A DNA stretch of 34,281 nucleotides, taken from the sequence record SRR31156797_1393. One strand, written 5' to 3'. Position 1 is the first letter of the stretch; each line of letters begins with the position of its first letter. The position numbers were made by a program, and so were the translations under genes. The notes beneath the pieces were generated by a model. That model was given only the letters and a program-made list of their open reading frames with translations. It made no database searches and had not been told where the DNA came from. Positions 16,842-25,275 of this stretch are shown one piece after another.

Positions 16842-17603
16842 GTGACCATAAAATCAGGAGACAACAACATAAGAACCGGTGACACGGTTGCCATTCCTGG
16901 AAATTACCAGCATGCAGCCGTGCAGAGCGGCCCCATGTCCCAGCAGTTCTGGCATACAGAGCGATTCACAGCCTCTCTCGAGGCGTTGCAGGTAGCGCCG
17001 GGTACAAAACTGCTCGACGTGGGGTGTGGCTCCGGCGTGTTTGCGCACATGGCGGTTAGTCGGGGTGCATCCGTAGTGGCGGTGGACGCCAACAAGGACG
17101 CTGTGGTCTACGCAAAAAAAACCTTTGGTTCCCCACGGGCTCAATTCATCAACAGTCGGCTGGATCGATTAAGCTTCCCCGAGGCCCACTTCGACCGGAT
17201 TTCCCTGCTTGAGGTGATTGAACATATCTACCGGTCCCAGGCCACGGAACTGCTCGCACTGTTTCACAAACTCCTGGTACCAGGCGGGCGGCTCGTCGTA
17301 TCCACCCCCAACATACGCAGTCTCTGGCCCCTGATCGAAAAAGGGATGGATCTGCTGGGCCTGTCTCCACAGATGGAAGGGGATCAACACGTGGCGGGCT
17401 ATACCCCCGGGTCGCTGAAACAACTGTGTGAAGCCGCAGGTTTCTCCCAGGTGGGGTGCCGCACCATCTTCGTGACGTCCCCGTTTGTGGCCCATTTCAG
17501 CAGGCGAGCGGCCCGGGGTATGTACCGACTGGAGAAGAAGTTGCCGTTCCAACCGGGTTGCCTGATCATCTCCACTTTTGAATTAAAAAAACGGGATCGT
17601 TGA
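16842..17603 (+). CDS. Class I SAM-dependent methyltransferase
   Basis: LLDVGCGSG, VVAVDAN, FDRISLLEVIEHI and LVPGGRLVVSTPN motifs. GTG start. Confidence 0.9.
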   Translation: MTIKSGDNNIRTGDTVAIPGNYQHAAVQSGPMSQQFWHTERFTASLEALQVAPGTKLLDVGCGSGVFAHMAVSRGASVVAVDANKDAVVYAKKTFGSPRAQFINSRLDRLSFPEAHFDRISLLEVIEHIYRSQATELLALFHKLLVPGGRLVVSTPNIRSLWPLIEKGMDLLGLSPQMEGDQHVAGYTPGSLKQLCEAAGFSQVGCRTIFVTSPFVAHFSRRAARGMYRLEKKLPFQPGCLIISTFELKKRDR

Positions 17604-17957
17604 AAGACATCTAGGAGGGTTTGGTGTTCCGATTTCAGCTGTTTTGCGCCAGCCGGGTGGAGGAGAAGCTCACGTTGAGCAACAGCAAATGTTGTCCATC
17701 TCCTGTCGCTGGTGGCGAACATGTGGTTTACGCTCTGGCACACTCCCGGTCAACCGCCTGACTGCGTAACCTTTACACGGGATTTCAAGGCCAGTGTGAA
17801 ATGGCCCCATTGAGCGTACTTAATATCATGGGCTAAGCACAAGGGATCCACAATTGACAAATCCGCCATGTTCTTATAAAAGAAAACCATATTTTGGCCA
17901 TAAAGTGAGCTTAATGAATGGTGAGCCCGGTGGGTCTGCCCGGATGGTATCCCGTTA

Positions 17958-18923
17958 ATGACAAACCAACAAAAATCAAGTGAAGCGGTTCTTATGGATG
18001 CGGTCTTTTCAAATGACCGGAGAAAACCATATATTCAACGTCTGGAATTTTTGAACAGTGCTGATTTCAAAATGTGGGAGAGAATTGATTTTCCTCTGGA
18101 AATTTCACTGGAATTGACCAACTACTGCAATCTCAGATGCATTATGTGTCCGAACCCCTCCATGAAACGGGATCGGGGCTACATGCCGGGGAACCTGTTT
18201 AGAACCATTGTTAAGGACCTGTCCCATGAAAACGGTTTCCTGTTCCTGCCCCAGGGGTTTGGTGAATCCCTGCTCCACAGGGAGCTTTTCCATTTAACCA
18301 CCTTTGCTTCCGAATCCGGCATCAAGCCCATTGTGTTGCTGTCAAACGGCATGTTGCTGAATGGGGAGAAGCTTTCAGATGTAATGAATTCAATTGACAT
18401 CCTCATTGTGACCATTGACGGGGTTACAGCTAAAACCTATGAATCCGTGCGGGTGGGGGGCAACCTTCAAACCACGACCCGCAACATTGAAAGATTTCTT
18501 CTGGCGCGCGGCGACTGCAAACGGCCCTATCTTGTGTTGCGGATCATAGACATGAAAGAAACCGAGGCCGAAATTAAGGAATTTCATGGTTTTTGGCGCA
18601 ACAGAATCAGCGAAACGGACATCATCCAGGTATCCGGATATAACGACTGGACCGGCACTATTAACTCCGGCAGAAATCAGGTCAAAGCAAGAGAAGAACG
18701 CCGTCCGTGCAGAATGCTCTGGAAAAACCTCACCGTTTATCACGACGGCAGTGTTTCACCCTGCTGTTACGATGCGGAAGGCGAGTTGTCCATCGGAGAT
18801 GCCGGTGAAGAGAGCCTGCGGAATATCTGGGAAGGCCCCCGCTTGAAACAACTCAGGGAGCTTCACCTGGCACGTCAATTTGAAAAAATACCCATTTGTT
18901 ATCGATGCAACACCTGGTTTTAG
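17958..18923 (+). CDS. Radical SAM protein with a C-terminal SPASM/Twitch Fe-S domain
   Basis: ELTNYCNLRCIMCP (CxxxCxxC), GFGESLLH, SNG and TIDG motifs. The C-terminus reads PCRMLW...DGSVSPCCYD...IGD...IW...ICYRC. Confidence 0.92.
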   Translation: MTNQQKSSEAVLMDAVFSNDRRKPYIQRLEFLNSADFKMWERIDFPLEISLELTNYCNLRCIMCPNPSMKRDRGYMPGNLFRTIVKDLSHENGFLFLPQGFGESLLHRELFHLTTFASESGIKPIVLLSNGMLLNGEKLSDVMNSIDILIVTIDGVTAKTYESVRVGGNLQTTTRNIERFLLARGDCKRPYLVLRIIDMKETEAEIKEFHGFWRNRISETDIIQVSGYNDWTGTINSGRNQVKAREERRPCRMLWKNLTVYHDGSVSPCCYDAEGELSIGDAGEESLRNIWEGPRLKQLRELHLARQFEKIPICYRCNTWF

Positions 18924-18957
18924 GTTTCTCTGAATTCGGTTTTGTGAAAAAAGGATT

Positions 18958-20724
18958 TTGTATCATAGAAAGAGAGACCGGTTTTTGAAAGAGGAAACCC
19001 GCCCTTCAAATCCCTTTCTTCCGATCTGGACGGCCGTGGGCATGGCCCTGCTGGTATTTTGTTTATACCATTCCACCCTTAACGGCTGGTGGCGATGGGA
19101 TGACACGCAGATTCTCAAACAGGCGTTATGCCAGACACCGGCCGAATATTTTTTTTCGCCGGACGCATATCAGTTGCTGTCTTTGAAAAACTTCACGCCC
19201 TGGCTTCTTCTCTCCTTTGACATGGACCTGCAGTTTTTAGGGCTTGAGCCGGCACGATTCTATGCCCATCAACTCATCTATTTGTGGCTGGCAGGGATTG
19301 TTTCTTTCTTTCTGCTCAGGATGTGGGTGTCTGCATGGTGGGCCGCACTCGGGGGGGCGCTTTGCATTATCGGGGCCCCGGTGGCAACGACGGTACAGCA
19401 GTTGATGTGCCGTCATTATGTGGAAGGGCTCTTATTCAGCCTTCTTGCCCTGTATCTATTTCTCGTTTCCGTGCGGGAAAAAAGACGATTTACCCTGGTT
19501 TTAGGGGCGGTATTCTATTTTTTCGCCATGGGATCAAAAGAGGTTTTTGTTCCCCTGGCGTTACTCTGCATCCTTTGGCCCGAAGGTTCTTTAAGAAAAC
19601 GTCTATTCGCATCCATACCGTATTGTTCAGCTCTTTTTCTATATGTCCTCTGGCGAGAATTCATGATCGGTATGATGGGCGGGGGGTACCGTATCCACTG
19701 GGAGACCTTGCCGCTTTTCCCCATGAAAATCTACCATTCCTTTTTTGGAACCGGTCCTTTTTCTCTTGTGGTCGGTATTATTGCAGCAGCCGTCTTACTG
19801 CTCTCCCTTCTCAAAAAGGCCCCAAAACGTCTGTTGGGGCACATACTGTTTGCAGCGGCATTGATTATCGCGGTCATCGGCCCCCTCATACCCTTGGGAC
19901 CCGCCGCCGGGGCCGGGCGGTATTTCCTGGTTCCCTGGTGGGTATTTTCCATGGCCCTTGCAATGGTTTTGGGATCATGCCGGATCCATAAAAGTATCCC
20001 CCTTGTTTTCAACCTGCTGATCTTCTCCCTTGTTGCCCTGGCCGCCCTGATTCACGGCCATATGGGAGTACGTGCCATGGACCCCATCATCGCAAGGTTT
20101 GATGCCCAGGGACGATTTCTATGGGAATCCCAAAAACCCCGTGCCGTGCTTTATGCCCCCGTGACCTCCCATTTCGGCCACTATTTTTCGGGTCTTCAGT
20201 GGATTAAAGAGCGCGCCAAGGGGATCCCTCAAAATTTCATTGTCATGGGGGACGAGATTGAACTGAAAGCACTTGGGGATCATCCTCAAGATATCCGGGC
20301 CTATGATGGGGAATCCCGTTCCGTTGAGGATATCTCAAAAGATATTCCCGCTATTCTGGAATCCTGGCAAAAAAAACAGCGTCTCATGCCCCTTTTTTTT
20401 CAGTTGGATTATGGGAAAGATAAAACGGCTGTCTGGCAATGCGGCCCTTATCCATCCGGGTCCTACACACTTCTGAGCCGGGATGACGCCCCCGGGGACA
20501 ACTCTCGGGAAACCTCGGGAATGAATAAATTCCCCCTGTCGCCATCCGGACAATGGCGCGTCAACCTGGAAAAGCCCTTCTCTTTTTATGTGCGTTACGA
20601 CGCTCCCTATGGGTGGACCACCTACTCGCCGTTGCTCCATTTTAATCCTGAAAATGGGCATTTTCGATGGAACAGGGAAAATGGTTCAAAGACATCCCAT
20701 ACAACCAACAAAATTACGGAGTGA
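18958..20724 (+). CDS. Polytopic membrane protein, putative GT-C fold glycosyltransferase
   Basis: TM1 is followed by a WWRWDD di-acidic motif, then SKE, about 11 TM helices and a soluble C-terminal domain. It lies directly upstream of a polyprenyl-P glycosyltransferase. The start codon (TTG) is uncertain. Confidence 0.65.
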   Translation: MYHRKRDRFLKEETRPSNPFLPIWTAVGMALLVFCLYHSTLNGWWRWDDTQILKQALCQTPAEYFFSPDAYQLLSLKNFTPWLLLSFDMDLQFLGLEPARFYAHQLIYLWLAGIVSFFLLRMWVSAWWAALGGALCIIGAPVATTVQQLMCRHYVEGLLFSLLALYLFLVSVREKRRFTLVLGAVFYFFAMGSKEVFVPLALLCILWPEGSLRKRLFASIPYCSALFLYVLWREFMIGMMGGGYRIHWETLPLFPMKIYHSFFGTGPFSLVVGIIAAAVLLLSLLKKAPKRLLGHILFAAALIIAVIGPLIPLGPAAGAGRYFLVPWWVFSMALAMVLGSCRIHKSIPLVFNLLIFSLVALAALIHGHMGVRAMDPIIARFDAQGRFLWESQKPRAVLYAPVTSHFGHYFSGLQWIKERAKGIPQNFIVMGDEIELKALGDHPQDIRAYDGESRSVEDISKDIPAILESWQKKQRLMPLFFQLDYGKDKTAVWQCGPYPSGSYTLLSRDDAPGDNSRETSGMNKFPLSPSGQWRVNLEKPFSFYVRYDAPYGWTTYSPLLHFNPENGHFRWNRENGSKTSHTTNKITE

Positions 20725-20731
20725 AGAGAAA

Positions 20732-21724
20732 ATGACCTTTCGGGAAGACTTGAAAGACGCCATAAATGATGAAAGCGCCCCGATCGTGGATTCCCAGGAA
20801 TTGCCGCTTATTTCCATTGTGATTCCGGTTCACAATGAGTCCCACGTCATTTCGGAAACGCTTAAGGAAACACTCCGGGCGGTACATCCCGTGTCGCGGC
20901 GGTATGAAATACTAATCATCGATGACGGATCCAACGACGGGACCTGGGAAATCGTGCGTGCCGTATCCCGACACAATCACAAAATCAAGATGATCCGATT
21001 TTCACGCAATTTTGGAAAAGAAGCGGCCATCCTGGCCGGTTTGAAATTCAGCCGGGGTGAAGCCGTCATCGTTATGGACGGCGATTTACAGCACCCCCCG
21101 GCATTGCTGCCGAAAATGTTTCATCTCTGGAAGGAAGAAAATTATCATGTGGTCCACGGTGTTAAAACAAGCCGGCAAAAGGAAACAGCGGCCAAGGGTC
21201 TGTTTGTGAGACTCTTTTACGCCTCCATGACACTCCTTTCAGGCTACGATCTGAAACAGGCAACCGATTATAAACTTCTCGACCGGCGCGTGGTGGATCA
21301 TTATGTAGCCCTTTCCGAAAATGTCCGGTTTTTTCGCGGGCTGGTGCCCTGGCTCGGTTTTCGCAATGCCTCGGTCTCCTTTTTCCCGGAGAATCGCGTT
21401 GCGGGCCACTCAAAGTGGAGCCGTTTTTCTTTGATGACCCTTGCCGTAAGGGCCATATGCTCTTTTTCATCATTGCCCATGCAGGTGGTCACTTTCATGG
21501 GCGGCATCATGTTTTCCGCCAGCATCCTGCTCGGGATACTAACCCTTTTCATGAAGCTTTCCGGCAGAGCGGTTGAAGGATTCACCACCGTCATCCTGCT
21601 GCTGCTTTTCATCGGCAGTATCCTCATGATCAGCCTCGGCATTATGGGACAATACCTTGCCATGATCTACGAAGAAATCAAGGGCCGACCCCCGTTTATC
21701 ATCGAAAAAATGGAGAACCTGTGA
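20732..21724 (+). CDS. GT2 polyprenyl-phosphate glycosyltransferase (GtrB/ArnC/YkcC-like)
   Basis: ISIVIPVHNE, IIDDGSNDGT, FSRNFGKEAAILAGL, VMDGDLQHPP, RFFRGL, two C-terminal TM helices and GQYLAMIYEEIKGRPPFII. Start at ATG 20732. Confidence 0.9.
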   Translation: MTFREDLKDAINDESAPIVDSQELPLISIVIPVHNESHVISETLKETLRAVHPVSRRYEILIIDDGSNDGTWEIVRAVSRHNHKIKMIRFSRNFGKEAAILAGLKFSRGEAVIVMDGDLQHPPALLPKMFHLWKEENYHVVHGVKTSRQKETAAKGLFVRLFYASMTLLSGYDLKQATDYKLLDRRVVDHYVALSENVRFFRGLVPWLGFRNASVSFFPENRVAGHSKWSRFSLMTLAVRAICSFSSLPMQVVTFMGGIMFSASILLGILTLFMKLSGRAVEGFTTVILLLLFIGSILMISLGIMGQYLAMIYEEIKGRPPFIIEKMENL

Positions 21725-21780
21725 TTTCACTCAAGGGAGGATTGTCAACTTCAGGGGATAAAGCGGGCGAAGGCCGGAGA

Positions 21781-23976
21781 ATGAAGATTGCGTATTGTCT
21801 GGAATCGACCGCCCTATGGGGCGGCGTTAAGGTGGTCTTCGAACAGGTGGAAGGGCTGGCGGCACGGGGACACCATATGGCGATCATGGCACGTGAGGTG
21901 GTTTCGCCCTGGCGGGATGCGCCGTGTCCGGTGCGCGTTGTATCGAACCCCTGGGAACAGGAAGACTTCTCGTCCTTTGACCTTGTCATTGCCAATGAAC
22001 GGGCGCCTGTGCTGGCGTTGGCTGAAAATGCGGCGCGGCTGGTACATATGGTGCAGAGCGATGACGAAGGTTACGCCCAGACGGATGAGGACAAGGCCCT
22101 TGCCCGTCAGGCACTGAGGCTTCCCATACCGAAGGTTGCCATCAGCCCCGAACTGGCGCGACGGATGGCGCTGCGTTATCCGGGGAACTGGCATTGGGTG
22201 CTTCAGGCCATGGATCTTTCGCTCTGGAAGCCGGCCCAGCGCCTTCCGGGAAAGAAGCGTCTGTTGCTGGTGGGCCCCTTTGACGGTCACATTGACGGGG
22301 CCATCAAGGGCATGCCCCAGGGGTTGCTTGCGGCCCGTTTGGCCTGTGAAGAGTGCGGCCTGCGGCTCGTCCGCCTGAATCAGTTTAATCAGGCGAAAGA
22401 AGAGAAATGTTTTTGCAAAGCAAAGTACTACTACCATGGGGTTCCGCCTGCCCATGTTCCCGCCGTTTTTCAGTCCTCGGATCTGTTCCTGTCAAGTTCC
22501 CAAGCTGTTGAGGGCTTCGGGCTTCCCGCGCTGGAGGCGCTTGCGTGCGGATTGCCGTGTGTGCTGAGCGATATTCCCAGTTACCGCGATTTTGATGACA
22601 CCGATGACTTCGCACTCTGGGCACCACCGGGAGATCCGCTGAAAATGGCCAAAGGTGTGGCGCAACTCTGGCGTGATCCGGAGTTGCAGGCGCATCTGCG
22701 CCGGCGGGGGCCGGAGGTAGCCGCCCTCTACGAGAAAAATCGCGCACTGGACCGTCTCGAATCGGTATTGGATTATCTGGCGGCCGAGGCCAGAGACCGC
22801 CCGGCCGTGGTGGTGCGCTCCCATTCGGGACCTGCCTCGGAATACTACGCGCAGGAAGAGAAGCTCTGTTTGAAAGGCTTTTCCGAATTTTCCCGGCAGG
22901 AAGACACTCCCATCCTGGTGAGCTCAAATACACGGCTTACGGCAGGCGAGCTTCTGCATCTGGCCGGGCCGCGCAGTTCCATACTGGCTGTGGGGGAGGC
23001 CACCCTTATCCCGACCGTGCATGTGGTTGCGGGTTTGCGCGCGGCACTCTTGGCAGAAGCACGTGTGGGGGCCGTGGGGCCGGTCTCGAATCTTGCGGAA
23101 GGTGCGCAACTTGTGTCCGTGCCGTACATGTATCTGAACCGGCGAAACTATCAGGCTCTGGCCGACCGGTATGCCAGGAAAGGGGCTCGCATAAAGACCG
23201 ATGTTTTGCAGGACTTTTGCCGGCTTTTGCGTACGGACGCCTTGCGCCATTTAAAACCGGAGACGGAATTGGCGGAGATTCCCTACGCCCTGCGCGAAAA
23301 AGGCTGGATGCTTTCGGTTGCCGGGGATGTATACGTTCATCGTTTTGGGAATATGCTGGATCCCCCCCGCGAGGACTTGCAGGCCCTGGTACCCTCCGCC
23401 GTGACAAGTCTTCTTGACATCGGGTGTGCAACGGGGCAGTTTGGAAAATCGTTGAAGTGTTCACGTCCCGGATTGCATGTTTGCGGAATCGAGATAAATC
23501 CTCAAGTGGCTCGCGAAGCGGAAGCGGTGCTGGACCGTGTGATCGCCAAGCCGGTACAGGAGGTTTCATTTGATCGCACTTACGACTGCGTTGTATGCGG
23601 CGAGTTGTTGGAGCACCTGGCGTCTCCCCTGGCACTGCTGAAACATCTGCGTTCCGCCATTGCGCCGGGAGGAACCCTTATCGCCAGCAGCCCATGCGTA
23701 ACACACTGGTCGATTATCCGCGATATGTTGGAAGGGCACTTCGAGTATATTCCCTTCGGGATTTTGTGCTTTGAACACATCCATTTCTTTACCCCCGCGA
23801 GCATGCGGGCGGTCTTTACCGAGGCGGGATTTCGCATTGAACAGGAGATTTCAACACGCCATGCCGATGGCCCCGAAGCGGAGGCGTTTTTCCGGATGCT
23901 ACGGGGGTGTTCCTTTGCGACCGCCAAGGAAACATTTGAAATCTCTGAATTGACCATATTGGCAAGCCCCGTATGA
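21781..23976 (+). CDS. Three-domain fusion: GT4, degenerate GT2-like domain and SAM methyltransferase
   Basis: MKIAY...WGGVKVV and EGFGLPALEALACGLP (GT4); VGAVGPVSN...DVYVHRFG (GT2-like); LLDIGCATGQFG, YDCVVCGELLEHL and EHIHFFT (methyltransferase). Probable ATG 21781; the ORF is open from 21721. Confidence 0.85.
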   Translation: MKIAYCLESTALWGGVKVVFEQVEGLAARGHHMAIMAREVVSPWRDAPCPVRVVSNPWEQEDFSSFDLVIANERAPVLALAENAARLVHMVQSDDEGYAQTDEDKALARQALRLPIPKVAISPELARRMALRYPGNWHWVLQAMDLSLWKPAQRLPGKKRLLLVGPFDGHIDGAIKGMPQGLLAARLACEECGLRLVRLNQFNQAKEEKCFCKAKYYYHGVPPAHVPAVFQSSDLFLSSSQAVEGFGLPALEALACGLPCVLSDIPSYRDFDDTDDFALWAPPGDPLKMAKGVAQLWRDPELQAHLRRRGPEVAALYEKNRALDRLESVLDYLAAEARDRPAVVVRSHSGPASEYYAQEEKLCLKGFSEFSRQEDTPILVSSNTRLTAGELLHLAGPRSSILAVGEATLIPTVHVVAGLRAALLAEARVGAVGPVSNLAEGAQLVSVPYMYLNRRNYQALADRYARKGARIKTDVLQDFCRLLRTDALRHLKPETELAEIPYALREKGWMLSVAGDVYVHRFGNMLDPPREDLQALVPSAVTSLLDIGCATGQFGKSLKCSRPGLHVCGIEINPQVAREAEAVLDRVIAKPVQEVSFDRTYDCVVCGELLEHLASPLALLKHLRSAIAPGGTLIASSPCVTHWSIIRDMLEGHFEYIPFGILCFEHIHFFTPASMRAVFTEAGFRIEQEISTRHADGPEAEAFFRMLRGCSFATAKETFEISELTILASPV

Positions 23977-23989
23977 CGCGGCGCTCCTC

Positions 23990-25216
23990 ATGGTCAACCA
24001 ACGTTCTGGGCCGAAGGTTTTAGAATATCCAATGGAAAACGGTGTCAGTCTCATCATACCCACCCGTAACGGGGGCAAAATTTTTTCGGAATGCCTGGCT
24101 GCCATTGAGCAGCAGGACCATGCGGGCCCGCTTCAATTGATTATTATGGATTCGGGCTCAACCGACAACACGGTTGAACTGGCCATGAAGGCCGGGGCCC
24201 ATGTCCAGAGAATTGATCCGAAAAAATTCCACCATGCCAGGACCCGGAATGAGGCCCTTTCGCTGGCAGAGTATGAAAAAATTGTCTTTATGGTGCAGGA
24301 TGCAGTCCCCTGTTCCGATACCTGGCTTACGGCGCTGGTCCACGCCTTGGATGATTACCCGGTGGCGGCTGTATATACGGCGCAGATACCCCATGATGAT
24401 GCAACCCCCTACGCCCGTTTTGAAATCGAATCCATCAACGAGGCTAGGGGTTATGATCCCGTTGTTCAGGCGATCGAATCCCTTGAATTCTATGCGGAAA
24501 TACCGTACCATAGGGCTTATCGGATGATTGGGCTGGATAATGTGTGTGCTATTTATCGAAAGGACCGGTTATTGAAAGAGCCTTTTCCGGAAGTGGATTT
24601 TGCCGAAGACATGGCCTGGGCCCAAAAAAACCTGTTGATGGGTCATAAAATTCTTTATAACCCCCTTATCAAGGTGAAACACTCCCACAACCGTTCGCCC
24701 CATTACGCATTCCGCCGCCAGATCATTAATTCCTTCTGGTGTGCAAAGATCATGGGGCGGGTTGAAAATGATCTCTCTTTTTTGAAGGAAGGGGATCTGA
24801 GGAGACTCACCGGCGGTGTACGCTGTTTCGTTTCCGGCCTGCGATCCGATTTTTTCGTCTCTGAATCGGGGTATTCCTGCGAAGAAACTTTCCTTCGGGA
24901 AATTCTCGGGAAATATCCGGGAGAGAGCCGGTTAAGACGTTTTTTGACCGGCAGGGTCTTTCGACGGGAGAGGCCCGTGTCTGAAGGGTTGAAGAAGATG
25001 ATCGTTAATATTGAAACCGGCATAGAGACACTTTTCCATCTGATTCGGGAAAAATATGACATCAGGGAACAGGGAGAACGGAGTCTTTTGCTTGACCAGG
25101 TTGTTGCCCATGTCATGGGAAGGGTTTACGGAGAAGTTTACGCCAGCTCTCTATTGAAAGTCAATATATCGCCATCCCTTGAGTCTTTGATGCGCCCTTT
25201 TTTTCATGGGGTGTGA
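23990..25216 (+). CDS. GT2 family glycosyltransferase (rhamnosyltransferase-like)
   Basis: VSLIIPTRNGG, IMDSGSTDNT, FHHARTRN, FMVQDAVP, FAEDMAWA and HSHN motifs. The start may be ATG 24032. Confidence 0.85.
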   Translation: MVNQRSGPKVLEYPMENGVSLIIPTRNGGKIFSECLAAIEQQDHAGPLQLIIMDSGSTDNTVELAMKAGAHVQRIDPKKFHHARTRNEALSLAEYEKIVFMVQDAVPCSDTWLTALVHALDDYPVAAVYTAQIPHDDATPYARFEIESINEARGYDPVVQAIESLEFYAEIPYHRAYRMIGLDNVCAIYRKDRLLKEPFPEVDFAEDMAWAQKNLLMGHKILYNPLIKVKHSHNRSPHYAFRRQIINSFWCAKIMGRVENDLSFLKEGDLRRLTGGVRCFVSGLRSDFFVSESGYSCEETFLREILGKYPGESRLRRFLTGRVFRRERPVSEGLKKMIVNIETGIETLFHLIREKYDIREQGERSLLLDQVVAHVMGRVYGEVYASSLLKVNISPSLESLMRPFFHGV

Positions 25217-25275
25217 ATAGGCTTTCGGTATGTTTGAAGTGTAAGCGGGGCCTTTGAAAAGGGAACGATGAATTA

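Noticed and set aside
17854-17880. TTGACA-N15-TATAAA as the promoter of the radical SAM gene
   Set aside because: The spacer is 15 nt and the -10 box lacks the final T. It is possible but too weak to list as a feature.
9041-18923. Aminoglycoside-like cluster (PIG-L deacetylase like BtrD, radical SAM like BtrN, glycosyltransferases)
   Set aside because: No cyclitol synthase, aminotransferase or resistance gene is present, and the Wzm/Wzt and GT-C context indicates a surface glycan.
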